Shown here: positions 27,211 through 36,100 of the stretch, piece by piece
How positions within the stretch are numbered: position 1 is the stretch's first letter
Layout: each line of letters starts with the position of its first letter
Virus record (IMG/VR): IMGVR_UViG_3300020183_000053
Coordinates: 10,874 to 74,873 of that record
DNA length: 64,000 nucleotides
Direction: 5' to 3' (one strand)
Source: a virus
Notes under the pieces: model-generated
The model's database searches: none
Told to the model about the DNA's origin: nothing
Seen by the model: the letters and a program-made list of their open reading frames with translations, nothing else
Program-made: the position numbers and the translations under genes

Positions 27211-28533
27211 TCAGCCCAGATAGTTAGCGAGAATGGTGTCCGTTACGCTGGGCGCGGTGCCACCCAGCGTGATGCGGGTTTTGCTCGTGCCGCTGTTCCG
27301 GTCGACCACGAACTGGCCATCGGTGGGGTTCGACGCCACCTTGACCAGCATCTGGCCGTTCAGCGCCACGAGCACGCCAGGGAAGAACTCTGTGCGAATG
27401 TCCTGCCCCAGATCGTAGGCGAGCGCCGTGCCGCCAGAGAAGCTCTCGGCGAAGGGCCGGAAGCCAGCCTTCAGCAGCGTGACGGCGTTGTCAGCCAGCT
27501 TGGTCGTGGTCACAGCGGTGCCAGCGATCTGCGTGGTGCCGACACCGCCATCAGCGATCTTCACGCCGCTGGCGTCCTGCGAGAGCGTAACGCCGTTGAG
27601 CCGCAGCGTGACGAACCCGCTGCCGTCCACCTGCACGCCGTTCGTTGCCTTGACCGCAAGGCCACCACCAGCCCCGAACTCCAGCCCCTTGTTCGCTTCC
27701 AGGCTGACGAACAGCCCGTTCACGTCGCGGGTGAGGCCGCTGTTCGACTTCGTGAGCACCTGCAAGCCGCCGCCGCCATCGACGCCGAGCGCGGGGTTCG
27801 AACCAGCGAACTTGACGGCGACCGCGTCCGACGAGATCTGGATGCCGCTGCCCACGTTCACGTTCAGCGTGTTTCCGGACTTGCTCAGACCGTCGCCCGC
27901 GACAATCGTCCCCAGCCCCGTGAACTGCACGAAGGTGATCGCGGTCGTGCCGAGGGTCACGCTGTCGTTCGTACAGACGAAGCCAGTATCGGCGTTGGAA
28001 CCCTCCGACACGAAAATGGCGGCGCTGGGGAACTCGCTGCCAGCGTCCAGGTCGGGCGAGCGGGACGCTGCACCAGACGACGGCGCGACATACACGCCGT
28101 TTTGACTGCCGGTGGACTGGTTGACCAGCAGGATGCGGTCGCCCGCAGCCAGGGTCACGCCGTCCACCGTCTGGCCAGCGGCGAGGCCGGTGCTGATGTC
28201 CACGTTGACGGTGGACAGCACGCGGGCGGGCTGCTTCCACTTGATGCCCTGCGCCACGCCATCGACGTATGCCTTGGTCGCCACGTCGCTGTCGGCGCTG
28301 GGTGCAGCCGCCCGCAGCACGGCGCCGGTGAACGCCCAGGTGCCAGTCAGGTCGGCCTTCGCGGCGGTGACCGCGTTGGCCGCCAGCTTCCCGGTGGTGA
28401 CGTTGCCATCGGCAATCGCGGCAGTATCCACCGCGTTGTTCGCCAGCTTGTCGGCGGTGACGGCGTCGTTCGCCAGCTTGGCGGTGGTGATGATGCTATC
28501 GACGAGCTGCCGGGTAACGAACTGCAGGGCCAT
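27211..28533 (-). CDS. Virion fibre/decoration protein
   Basis: VT..KLA..AV repeats, ATKAYVD, DGVTL..GDRILL.NQ..SQNGVY, Gly-rich beta repeats. Confidence 0.75.
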   Translation of the reverse strand: MALQFVTRQLVDSIITTAKLANDAVTADKLANNAVDTAAIADGNVTTGKLAANAVTAAKADLTGTWAFTGAVLRAAAPSADSDVATKAYVDGVAQGIKWKQPARVLSTVNVDISTGLAAGQTVDGVTLAAGDRILLVNQSTGSQNGVYVAPSSGAASRSPDLDAGSEFPSAAIFVSEGSNADTGFVCTNDSVTLGTTAITFVQFTGLGTIVAGDGLSKSGNTLNVNVGSGIQISSDAVAVKFAGSNPALGVDGGGGLQVLTKSNSGLTRDVNGLFVSLEANKGLEFGAGGGLAVKATNGVQVDGSGFVTLRLNGVTLSQDASGVKIADGGVGTTQIAGTAVTTTKLADNAVTLLKAGFRPFAESFSGGTALAYDLGQDIRTEFFPGVLVALNGQMLVKVASNPTDGQFVVDRNSGTSKTRITLGGTAPSVTDTILANYLG

Positions 28534-28574
28534 GACGTTGCTCCGTTCTGGTGTGGGTTGCGGTGCTGGCCCGT

Positions 28575-28949
28575 CTATGCAGGTCGGTATGCGGCCTCTA
28601 TAGCAGACGGCGCCGCTGGCGCATAGGGCAGCGTGAAGGTGGAGGGCGATGCCTGCGTGAAGTCGGTTAGCAGCAGCCGCTGCCCGCTGTCGTATACCTG
28701 CAGGCTTCCAGGGAAGTACGCCTCTGGCAGCGTGAAGGTGGTGCGCACGCCGTCCACCTGTGCGGTGAGGTCCACCCGCAGCAGCGCGGCGCGCACGGCG
28801 CGCGTGGCCACCACCACCGGCTGCGTGTAGTCCTGCGCCGGGCTGGGCGCGTTCGGCGCTGCCAGGGTGGGGTCAGGATCATCCTCGGTTGTCCAGTAGA
28901 CCAGCACGCCGTCAGCGGTGCGCCGGGCGCGGTTCACGTACTGCAGCAC
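28575..28949 (-). CDS. Small structural protein (beta-rich)
   Basis: DG..TTFTLP...SLQVY..GQRL...DFT pattern seen in virion proteins. Confidence 0.55.
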   Translation of the reverse strand: MLQYVNRARRTADGVLVYWTTEDDPDPTLAAPNAPSPAQDYTQPVVVATRAVRAALLRVDLTAQVDGVRTTFTLPEAYFPGSLQVYDSGQRLLLTDFTQASPSTFTLPYAPAAPSAIEAAYRPA

Positions 28950-28968
28950 GAGTTCACCTGTAGATGGT

Positions 28969-29121
28969 TCATGGGCATGGCAGCCCTAAGATGCGCGCCA
29001 CCACGTGCGTCACGCAGTGAAGGCCGCCCGCGACCGCTGCCGCCCATAATGCAGCCGACGATACCCGAAGCGCGATAACCCTGGCCGCCTGTGTGCTTCT
29101 GTCCTTCACTATGCGCTCCAT
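28969..29121 (-). CDS. Possible 50-aa hydrophobic protein (below ORF-track cutoff)
   Basis: MERIVKDRSTQAARVIALRVSSAALWAAAVAGGLHCVTHVVARILGLPCP fills the gap. Confidence 0.3.
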   Translation of the reverse strand: MERIVKDRSTQAARVIALRVSSAALWAAAVAGGLHCVTHVVARILGLPCP

Positions 29122-29141
29122 AAGTGTGGCGATCGAACTCG

Positions 29142-29960
29142 TCACTCGATGCGCAGGCCAGCGAACCCGACGATGCCCAGGTCATCGCTGGCATCGGCGC
29201 CCACCACGTCGGCGTGCACCTCGTAGACCCTGCTGGTGGTGCGCAGGTTACCCGCCTGCCCGCCCACAGTCAGCCCCGCGCTGGTCACAGCCGCAGGCAC
29301 CGCCCCACTGCGCAGCACGGTGCCGCCTGTCACGTACTCGGCGTCGGTCGCGTTGTAGAGCCGCACGCGCACCTGCCAGCCGCCTGCGGTAGCCAGCACC
29401 GCCTGCAGGCGCACCGTGCGCCCCGCAGGGTAATCCTGCGGGTTCCACGGCACCGCAGCCAGCACCCGCACGCCGTCGCGCTTGGTCACCAGCTGCTGCC
29501 CGCACCAGACCATCGGCTGGTGCAGCGGCGCCTGCACGTAGCTGGGCAGCTCGCCACCGCCCTGCGCCTGCAGCACACGCCCAGCAGCACCGGCTGCCAG
29601 CCGTGTCCACGTCTGGCCACTGCGCACCAGCAGGTCGCCGGTGGTCTGCCCAGCCACACCCACCGCCAGCGTGGCGGTGCTGCCCGCACCAGCGTCTGCC
29701 AGGGTAAGACCTGCGCCTGCTGCCAGCACTCGCTCAGCGGTTAGTCCCGCACTGGTGGCGAGCACCACGTAGCTGGCATCAGCAGGCGCGCCACCACCAC
29801 CCTGCCCACCGGGCACGAGATCGAACGACAACGTGGTGGGGTTCCACGCCAGGGTGCTGCCCTGTGCTGTCTGGGCGGTTGCGCTGGCGCTCAGCTTCGG
29901 GGCGTGCCCCGAAAAGTTCAGCAGGCTGATGCGTTCTGCTGGGCTGCCTGCTCCCGCCAT
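29142..29960 (-). CDS. Tail fibre-like protein
   Basis: Gly/Ala-rich; GDLLVR...WTRLAAG..G.VL fibre motif. Confidence 0.65.
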   Translation of the reverse strand: MAGAGSPAERISLLNFSGHAPKLSASATAQTAQGSTLAWNPTTLSFDLVPGGQGGGGAPADASYVVLATSAGLTAERVLAAGAGLTLADAGAGSTATLAVGVAGQTTGDLLVRSGQTWTRLAAGAAGRVLQAQGGGELPSYVQAPLHQPMVWCGQQLVTKRDGVRVLAAVPWNPQDYPAGRTVRLQAVLATAGGWQVRVRLYNATDAEYVTGGTVLRSGAVPAAVTSAGLTVGGQAGNLRTTSRVYEVHADVVGADASDDLGIVGFAGLRIE

Positions 29961-31615
29961 CAGCCACTCCCCGCCACGCTCGCGGTGGCGCTGCCGCCCC
30001 CGAGCATGTAGTAGCGCGCCCACACACGCAGCCCCAGGGTGCAGGCCGCTGGCGTGTACGTGATGGCCTCCACCGTGGCGCGCTGTTCGGCCCACCCGAA
30101 CTCGGCATCGGTTAGCAGCACCGTGTCACCGCGCCGCAGGTGCAGCAGCACCCAGGGCGAAGCCAGATAGTCCACCCTGTAGCTGGGCAGGGTGGTGTGC
30201 TCCACCAGCCAGTCCACCACAGATTCGGCCACCTGCTGGTCGGTTATCCACAGGCTCTCAACCACGTCTCCCTGCCGCTCGCCCACCATCTGGCGGCTGA
30301 TGCTGCACAGCAGGCTATTCGTCGGGTTGCGCTGCACCACGCCTGCATAGCTGTCGGCCAGCGGATCATAGCCGAACTGCAGGGTGAACGTGTTCCGCAG
30401 GTCCGCACGTGCGCTCTCGCTCACGCTGGATGCGCGGTCCAGCAGCGGCCACTGGTCAGCCACCAGCGAAGCCACAGGCGGCGCCCGCCGGTCGGTGATG
30501 ATGGGGCCATAGCCACCACCCTCCCAGACCATCGACACCATCGGGAAGCTGGCCAGCAGCTCGCCCTCGATGAACGCCAGCACCGTGGTATTCGCGCTGC
30601 CGCTGGCGTTGACGGCGCAGCGGGCGCCCATACGGGTGCCCAGCTTCGCCTGCGCCTCGGCGAACAGGCCAGCGGCGGCACCCGCAGCACCGAGCGTGGT
30701 GTAGCCCTGCACCAGCTCCCGCACGATGGTGATGGGTGTGCCGTCGCTGCGGCCACCACTGACGGCCACGTACACAGCCTCGTCACCACTGAACCCTGAC
30801 AGGCCGCCCGTGAAGTCAAGGCGGGTGAACGGTTCGCCCTGCAGGTCCACAGCGTGCGTTTCGGCCCACGGGTAGAACAACGATGCAGCAGGGTAGGCGG
30901 TGCCATCCACGTAGACCGTGTCAATGGTGAGATGCCCGTGGCAGACGGCATACCGTGGCACAGTGCTGGACGAAGCCACCAGTATCGCAGGGATGGCGCC
31001 GAACTGCGGCAGCACCACAGGCAGGCGCTGGCCCTCGCTCTCGGCGGGCAGGGCGGTCAGGCGGTCGGTGGTGAGCACGTATGGCGGCAGCTGCTGGTCA
31101 CAGCTGCCCAGCGGGTCGCTCACCGTGCAGGACACCACCTGGGTGCGGGCACCGAACTCCACCTCGTCCATATCGCCGCGAATAAGCACCAGCCGCTGAT
31201 CGTAGTCACCGCCATCCACGTTCAGCGACACCTCGGCCACGCCAGACAGCAGCCGCCCGGCTGCCACCAGCTCGGCGGCGTTGACCAGCACGTTGGGCAC
31301 GGTAACGGTCAGCGTCTTGGCTGTGCTGGACGCGCTTCCCAGCTGATAGTCCAGGGTGATGCTGATGTCGTCACTCAGCAGCCCGTGCCACGCTTGCTCG
31401 GTGCCGTCGAACCCGCTGCGGGTGCCGCACTGTCGGCTGGCCACCCGCACCACGTGGTCATCCCCGAATACCAGCTCCACGCACACCACCAGCCCCTGCA
31501 GCTGCGGGTCGCGCTGCAGCACGCCCTGCCAGTAGCTGCTGGACAAGCCACGCGCACCGAACCGCCCGGTGCGCCACCGTGTGAACGCTGGGTGCTGCAG
31601 GTACAGGGTGCTCAC
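29960..31615 (-). CDS. Tail tip/hub protein
   Basis: Downstream of the tape measure; C-terminal L..GD.V.LTD tail-hub-like motif. Confidence 0.65.
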   Translation of the reverse strand: MSTLYLQHPAFTRWRTGRFGARGLSSSYWQGVLQRDPQLQGLVVCVELVFGDDHVVRVASRQCGTRSGFDGTEQAWHGLLSDDISITLDYQLGSASSTAKTLTVTVPNVLVNAAELVAAGRLLSGVAEVSLNVDGGDYDQRLVLIRGDMDEVEFGARTQVVSCTVSDPLGSCDQQLPPYVLTTDRLTALPAESEGQRLPVVLPQFGAIPAILVASSSTVPRYAVCHGHLTIDTVYVDGTAYPAASLFYPWAETHAVDLQGEPFTRLDFTGGLSGFSGDEAVYVAVSGGRSDGTPITIVRELVQGYTTLGAAGAAAGLFAEAQAKLGTRMGARCAVNASGSANTTVLAFIEGELLASFPMVSMVWEGGGYGPIITDRRAPPVASLVADQWPLLDRASSVSESARADLRNTFTLQFGYDPLADSYAGVVQRNPTNSLLCSISRQMVGERQGDVVESLWITDQQVAESVVDWLVEHTTLPSYRVDYLASPWVLLHLRRGDTVLLTDAEFGWAEQRATVEAITYTPAACTLGLRVWARYYMLGGGSATASVAGSG

Positions 31616-34600
31616 AACTCTTCCTCGAACCGCACAGACAGGTCGCCCACCTGCACCCACCGCTGGGTGGTGGTGTCATACCTCCAGGCAGCGTTCTCCA
31701 GCTCGGTGGATTCCAGGAACCGCGCGTAGAGCATGGACCCGTTCTGCTGCTGGTCGTCAGTGCACAGCACCAGCGGCTGCGCACCGTAGCGCCCCAGGTG
31801 GCGCACCGTGGCGCGGAAGGCTTCGCGCCACCGCTCCACGTCGCCCTCGCTGGTGCCTGTGATGGTGCGGCGCGGGGTGCCAGCCACGTATGCGCTGCGC
31901 GCGCCAGATACTGCAGTGGTCACCTGCACGTTTCCGGCCTGCTCGTCAGTGCCGCGCCAGTCCAGCGGCACGGTGATCGGCAGCGTCATCCCCGCCACCA
32001 GTGCACCCACCCGCCAGTAACCCTCGGGCGGTGCACCCTGCGCAGTGCTGGACGGGATGGTGATGCGCAGGTAGCGCGGGAAGTCGTTGTCGGCGCGCCG
32101 GGTGCCCGAACTGGTCGGGTCAGCGATAACTCGCACACCCTGCGGATAGTCATCGAAGGCCAGCAGGTGCCTGTCACCCCATATGTCCAGGGTCACGCCG
32201 CTGGTGATGCCGTAACTGAAAAGCCCCTGCGTCAAGCCAGCGAAGTGAATGGTGTCGCCGTGGTTAGTGGCGATGCGCACGATGCCGGGGTTCGTGCTCA
32301 GCGCGTGCACCTGCGCGCGGCAGTAGTGGCCAGCCAGCTCCCCATCACGCCACGCTGCACAGTCAGCTGGGTTCACCCGAACGCTGTTACTGGCCAGCGT
32401 CTGTGACTGCAGTGTAGTGGTGTAGCGCCGTCCGTCCACGTAGATGCGCGACGGTGCCGAAAGACCAGCATCGTCCCCGTATTCCAGCACCAGATACCGG
32501 CTATTCGTGCCCACAACGGCGAGGCCGCTGTGCTTGAACCGCACCACCTCGTTCGCCGCCACTGCAGCACGCTGCGCGTCCAGCAGCAGCTGCTGCTCCC
32601 CGGTGGTGGTGCTGCGCCATTCACTGTCGGGGCTGGGTGTGGCCAGCTGGTCACCACCGTACTCGTACCGCACAGGCGCAGCGAACTTGTCCCCCGCGAA
32701 GCCACCACCGCCTCCCCACCGCACGGCGACGCCCTGCGCCACGTGCTGCGGCTCGGCGGCAGCCAGCCACCCGCGCAGGTCGCCGGGGCTGCTGGGTGCA
32801 TACTGCCCCAGGCTGCTCACCCTGGACCACCACGCCTCGCGCCACTCGTGCGTGAAGGTGGCGCCTGCCTGGACGGACAGGTGACCCCAGTCCACGCGCT
32901 GGAACGCAGTGGGCAGCACGCCGCTGGTGAGGGTGAGCGGACCCGTGCTCGTCCACACGTTGTCGCCAGCGCGGGACCACGCAAGGTCGGCACGGGTGGT
33001 GCCACCCGCTGTCTGCAGCCCCACGCGGAAGTCGTACCAGATGCCGGTGGTGATACCCGCCAGCGTGTTCTGCGGGGCCAGGAACAGCGTGGTCACGGCG
33101 TTGGGGTCATAGATGCCCACCCTGCCATCGTTAGACAGGTGAACGCCCACTGCGAACGATAGCCCCGCACTGCTCAGCGCCTGCAGGCCCACGCCCCACC
33201 TGGGTGCGCGCATCGCTGGTGCACTGACAGCGGACGGCTGGGTGCCACCAGTGCCTGCAGTGGCGCGGCAGGTCCAGCCCAGCACGCCGTCCTCGGCCAT
33301 GAACTGCGTGACACCAGCGGCGGCCTGCGACACGCTGAACGCCAGCCTGCTGGCAGTGCCCACCGTCACCTGGGTGGCGTCGGTGGCCCAGGTGAGCAGC
33401 GGGGTGCCAGCGAACGACGCGCCCCAGGGTGTGAACGCGCTGGCGCCGCTGTAGGCTGGCGGCCCGTACTGTGTGGACCAGTAGTTAGTGAACAGGCTGC
33501 CGAACTCGTCTGTCAGCACACCAGCATCGCGGTGCACGGGGCGGCGGCTGTATGCCGACCAGTAGGACAGCGTCCCCGGCTTCCAGTTAGCAGTGCCAGT
33601 CCCGGTTTCGCGGTCGATGCCGCCCGCCAGCAGGCCCACACGGTCGCCCAGCCACGCCAGCGTGCCACCCTTCGGGGCGTAGCGCATGGACCCGGTATGG
33701 CCCAGGATGTCGTCACCCCACAGCAGCCACTCCCCCACACGGGGCGCCGCAGCACTCCACCCTGCCTGCAGGCGGTCCAGAGGTATCAGAAAGCTGTAGT
33801 TCCCGAAACGATTGTCTCCTGCGCCGTTATCGGTGTGCACCAGCAGGTAGACGAACGCGCCACCACGCGCAAGGAATAACGACTTTGAGTTACCCACTGA
33901 AGGGATGAACCCCACAGGGGACCCCATCGGTGACCATGCTCCGTCACGACTTGCGAACTCATACCTCCAAATCCCAGCGGCAGTAGCCCGCACACGGAAA
34001 AAGGCGCCGTCAAGCGTGCCGAGGCCCACGATTGCGAACCGTTCTTGCTTATTCGCGCTGTCACTGTTCCCGAGGTCGTCCAGCCCATCCGGCTCGGCCA
34101 CCGACAGGCCCCAGGTAGCGCCCCTGTCGGCGCTATACGCGCTTGCGATGCCCTGCGTGACTGTGCTGCCCAGCCACAGCTCCAGGCGCAGCCAGTCCCC
34201 ACTGACAGCGGCCTGCATCCGGTAGATATCATGGGTGGTGCCGTAGGCTGCAGACACGATGCCCGGCGTTGCAAGCGTCCACGTCGCACCGCCATCCCGG
34301 CTCGTTAGCATGTCAACGTCGTGGCTGAACACTGCAGGGTTGGGACGGTACACATAAAACCAGCGCAGGCTGCCGTCAGGCAGCTCCACGATAGACGAAT
34401 AGTCCGCAAACGTCGGCAGGCGGCCCACAGGCGGCGAATAGCTGGTGGTGGTGTACCCTGCAGCCGGGTCCGTGGTGGCGAGGCTGCGGTATGCCACGTC
34501 GAAGGTGGTGGTGCCTTGTCGCAGGCGAACCGCGACCACCCGGTTGAACGCCGTGCTGTACGCCAGCGCATAGTGCCCGGCTGCGACCTTGGCGGTGCTC

Positions 34601-35046
34601 CACGGGTGGTGCGCGCCCTGCTGATACCGCAGGTCGTGCGCGCCCCGCGTTTCGGTGGCGGGGTCAGTCTCGTAACGCCAGCCCCATTCAGCACCTTCGA
34701 ACAGCCCACCAGTGGACAGCAGCTGCAGCACCACGCCAGTCGGCCCAGGCTGCGGGGTGCCGGGCGTGGTGTCCCACGCGCCCGCCAGGAACGGCAGCAG
34801 GTCGCCCTCGTTCGCGCTGTCAGGGTAGGCAGTGCCCAGCCGGGCACCGCGCTGGCTGGTGGCCCCGGACAGCACGTTGCCCCGCAGCGGGGCGTCCTGC
34901 GTCAGCAGGAACGCACGCGGCTCGGCGCGCTCTGCCTGCGGGTCGCGGTCGGCCCACACCACCTCGGCCACCGCACCGAACGCCGTGCCAGTGGTCACAC
35001 CACGGTGCACCACAGCAGCGACACCGCCTGCAGCCTTCGCAGCCAT
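31612..35046 (-). CDS. Large minor tail protein with Asp-box (BNR) repeats
   Basis: SRDGGATW and SADRGATW Asp-boxes; tail cluster. Confidence 0.7.
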   Translation of the reverse strand: MAAKAAGGVAAVVHRGVTTGTAFGAVAEVVWADRDPQAERAEPRAFLLTQDAPLRGNVLSGATSQRGARLGTAYPDSANEGDLLPFLAGAWDTTPGTPQPGPTGVVLQLLSTGGLFEGAEWGWRYETDPATETRGAHDLRYQQGAHHPWSTAKVAAGHYALAYSTAFNRVVAVRLRQGTTTFDVAYRSLATTDPAAGYTTTSYSPPVGRLPTFADYSSIVELPDGSLRWFYVYRPNPAVFSHDVDMLTSRDGGATWTLATPGIVSAAYGTTHDIYRMQAAVSGDWLRLELWLGSTVTQGIASAYSADRGATWGLSVAEPDGLDDLGNSDSANKQERFAIVGLGTLDGAFFRVRATAAGIWRYEFASRDGAWSPMGSPVGFIPSVGNSKSLFLARGGAFVYLLVHTDNGAGDNRFGNYSFLIPLDRLQAGWSAAAPRVGEWLLWGDDILGHTGSMRYAPKGGTLAWLGDRVGLLAGGIDRETGTGTANWKPGTLSYWSAYSRRPVHRDAGVLTDEFGSLFTNYWSTQYGPPAYSGASAFTPWGASFAGTPLLTWATDATQVTVGTASRLAFSVSQAAAGVTQFMAEDGVLGWTCRATAGTGGTQPSAVSAPAMRAPRWGVGLQALSSAGLSFAVGVHLSNDGRVGIYDPNAVTTLFLAPQNTLAGITTGIWYDFRVGLQTAGGTTRADLAWSRAGDNVWTSTGPLTLTSGVLPTAFQRVDWGHLSVQAGATFTHEWREAWWSRVSSLGQYAPSSPGDLRGWLAAAEPQHVAQGVAVRWGGGGGFAGDKFAAPVRYEYGGDQLATPSPDSEWRSTTTGEQQLLLDAQRAAVAANEVVRFKHSGLAVVGTNSRYLVLEYGDDAGLSAPSRIYVDGRRYTTTLQSQTLASNSVRVNPADCAAWRDGELAGHYCRAQVHALSTNPGIVRIATNHGDTIHFAGLTQGLFSYGITSGVTLDIWGDRHLLAFDDYPQGVRVIADPTSSGTRRADNDFPRYLRITIPSSTAQGAPPEGYWRVGALVAGMTLPITVPLDWRGTDEQAGNVQVTTAVSGARSAYVAGTPRRTITGTSEGDVERWREAFRATVRHLGRYGAQPLVLCTDDQQQNGSMLYARFLESTELENAAWRYDTTTQRWVQVGDLSVRFEEEL

Positions 35047-36083
35047 CACGACGCCCCGTAGCGGAGGGCAAGGTTGTCCAGATCGGCGGCTGCCCACCCG
35101 CTGCCGCCGGGCTTATCGGTGCGCAGCAGGCTGCACAGGCCGCCACCAGTGTTCATCCCGGTGGCGCTGCTGCTGGCAATACTGGCGCCCAGCGCCATCC
35201 CTGCGGTGCCATTCGGCAAGGCACCGTCACCAGCGCCAGCCACCTCCACCTGCACCGCCTGCACGGCGGGCGAAGTCCACGCAGCGTTGACAGCGTTGCG
35301 GTTCTGCAGGTTCACCTGCAGGGTGCTGGCGGTGGTGGTGCGACAATCGCTGGCGTCTGCCGCGTCCAGCAGCGCGGAATGAATACTGGCGGCGCCGAAT
35401 GGCACCCACGCGCCGCTGATGTCGTCGGCGTTGGGGCGCAGCCCCTGCACCCAGGTGGTGCGGTCCACCGGGTCCGCACTGCTGCCCCACACCACCGTGT
35501 GGTCGTGGTAGCAGGTGGCACCAGCGCCGGACATCGGCGCACCCCATCGGGCAGTGTCCACCGCGTCGGCGGTGGTCTTTGCCACGCTGCGGCTGAGCAC
35601 CTGCACGCCGTCCACCCACAGGGTGCAGGTGATGCTGCCGCCTGTGTAGCTCCACCGCAGCGCCAGCCGGAGCCACCTGCCCGTGGTCACCAGCGCGCTG
35701 GTGGTGCCCACTGTGGCGCCGTTATGCTTGACGGTGAGGCGGGTGCTGTTCCCGGTGTCGGCGGCGTAGATGCCAGCCACCTCCAGGCCGCCAGTGTCGT
35801 ACACAGCCAGCAGCGGGACCGTGCTGGCTGCCGCGAACGGCTGCGCGGCGCGGAAGGTGCTGTTGATGCCGCCCCCGCTGGGCACCGAAAACGCTGGTCC
35901 AGTCCGCAGCCACCCGTCAGCTGTCAGCGACAGGCTGGTGTCGCCGCCACCGTAGCCTGCGGGGTGCTGGTGGGTCACCGTGCGTTCGTTCGGGTCAGCG
36001 GTGCCTGCGCTTGACCACGCCGAGCCAGTGTAGAACGCCAGCGGCGCCCGCACTTCCCATCCCCACGTCCACACGATGGCCAT
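35046..36083 (-). CDS. Minor tail protein (LamG/lectin-like beta sandwich)
   Basis: GRWLRLAL..TLWVDG pattern; follows the tape measure. Confidence 0.6.
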   Translation of the reverse strand: MAIVWTWGWEVRAPLAFYTGSAWSSAGTADPNERTVTHQHPAGYGGGDTSLSLTADGWLRTGPAFSVPSGGGINSTFRAAQPFAAASTVPLLAVYDTGGLEVAGIYAADTGNSTRLTVKHNGATVGTTSALVTTGRWLRLALRWSYTGGSITCTLWVDGVQVLSRSVAKTTADAVDTARWGAPMSGAGATCYHDHTVVWGSSADPVDRTTWVQGLRPNADDISGAWVPFGAASIHSALLDAADASDCRTTTASTLQVNLQNRNAVNAAWTSPAVQAVQVEVAGAGDGALPNGTAGMALGASIASSSATGMNTGGGLCSLLRTDKPGGSGWAAADLDNLALRYGAS

Positions 36084-36100
36084 GCTGCCTCCCGCCTGCC

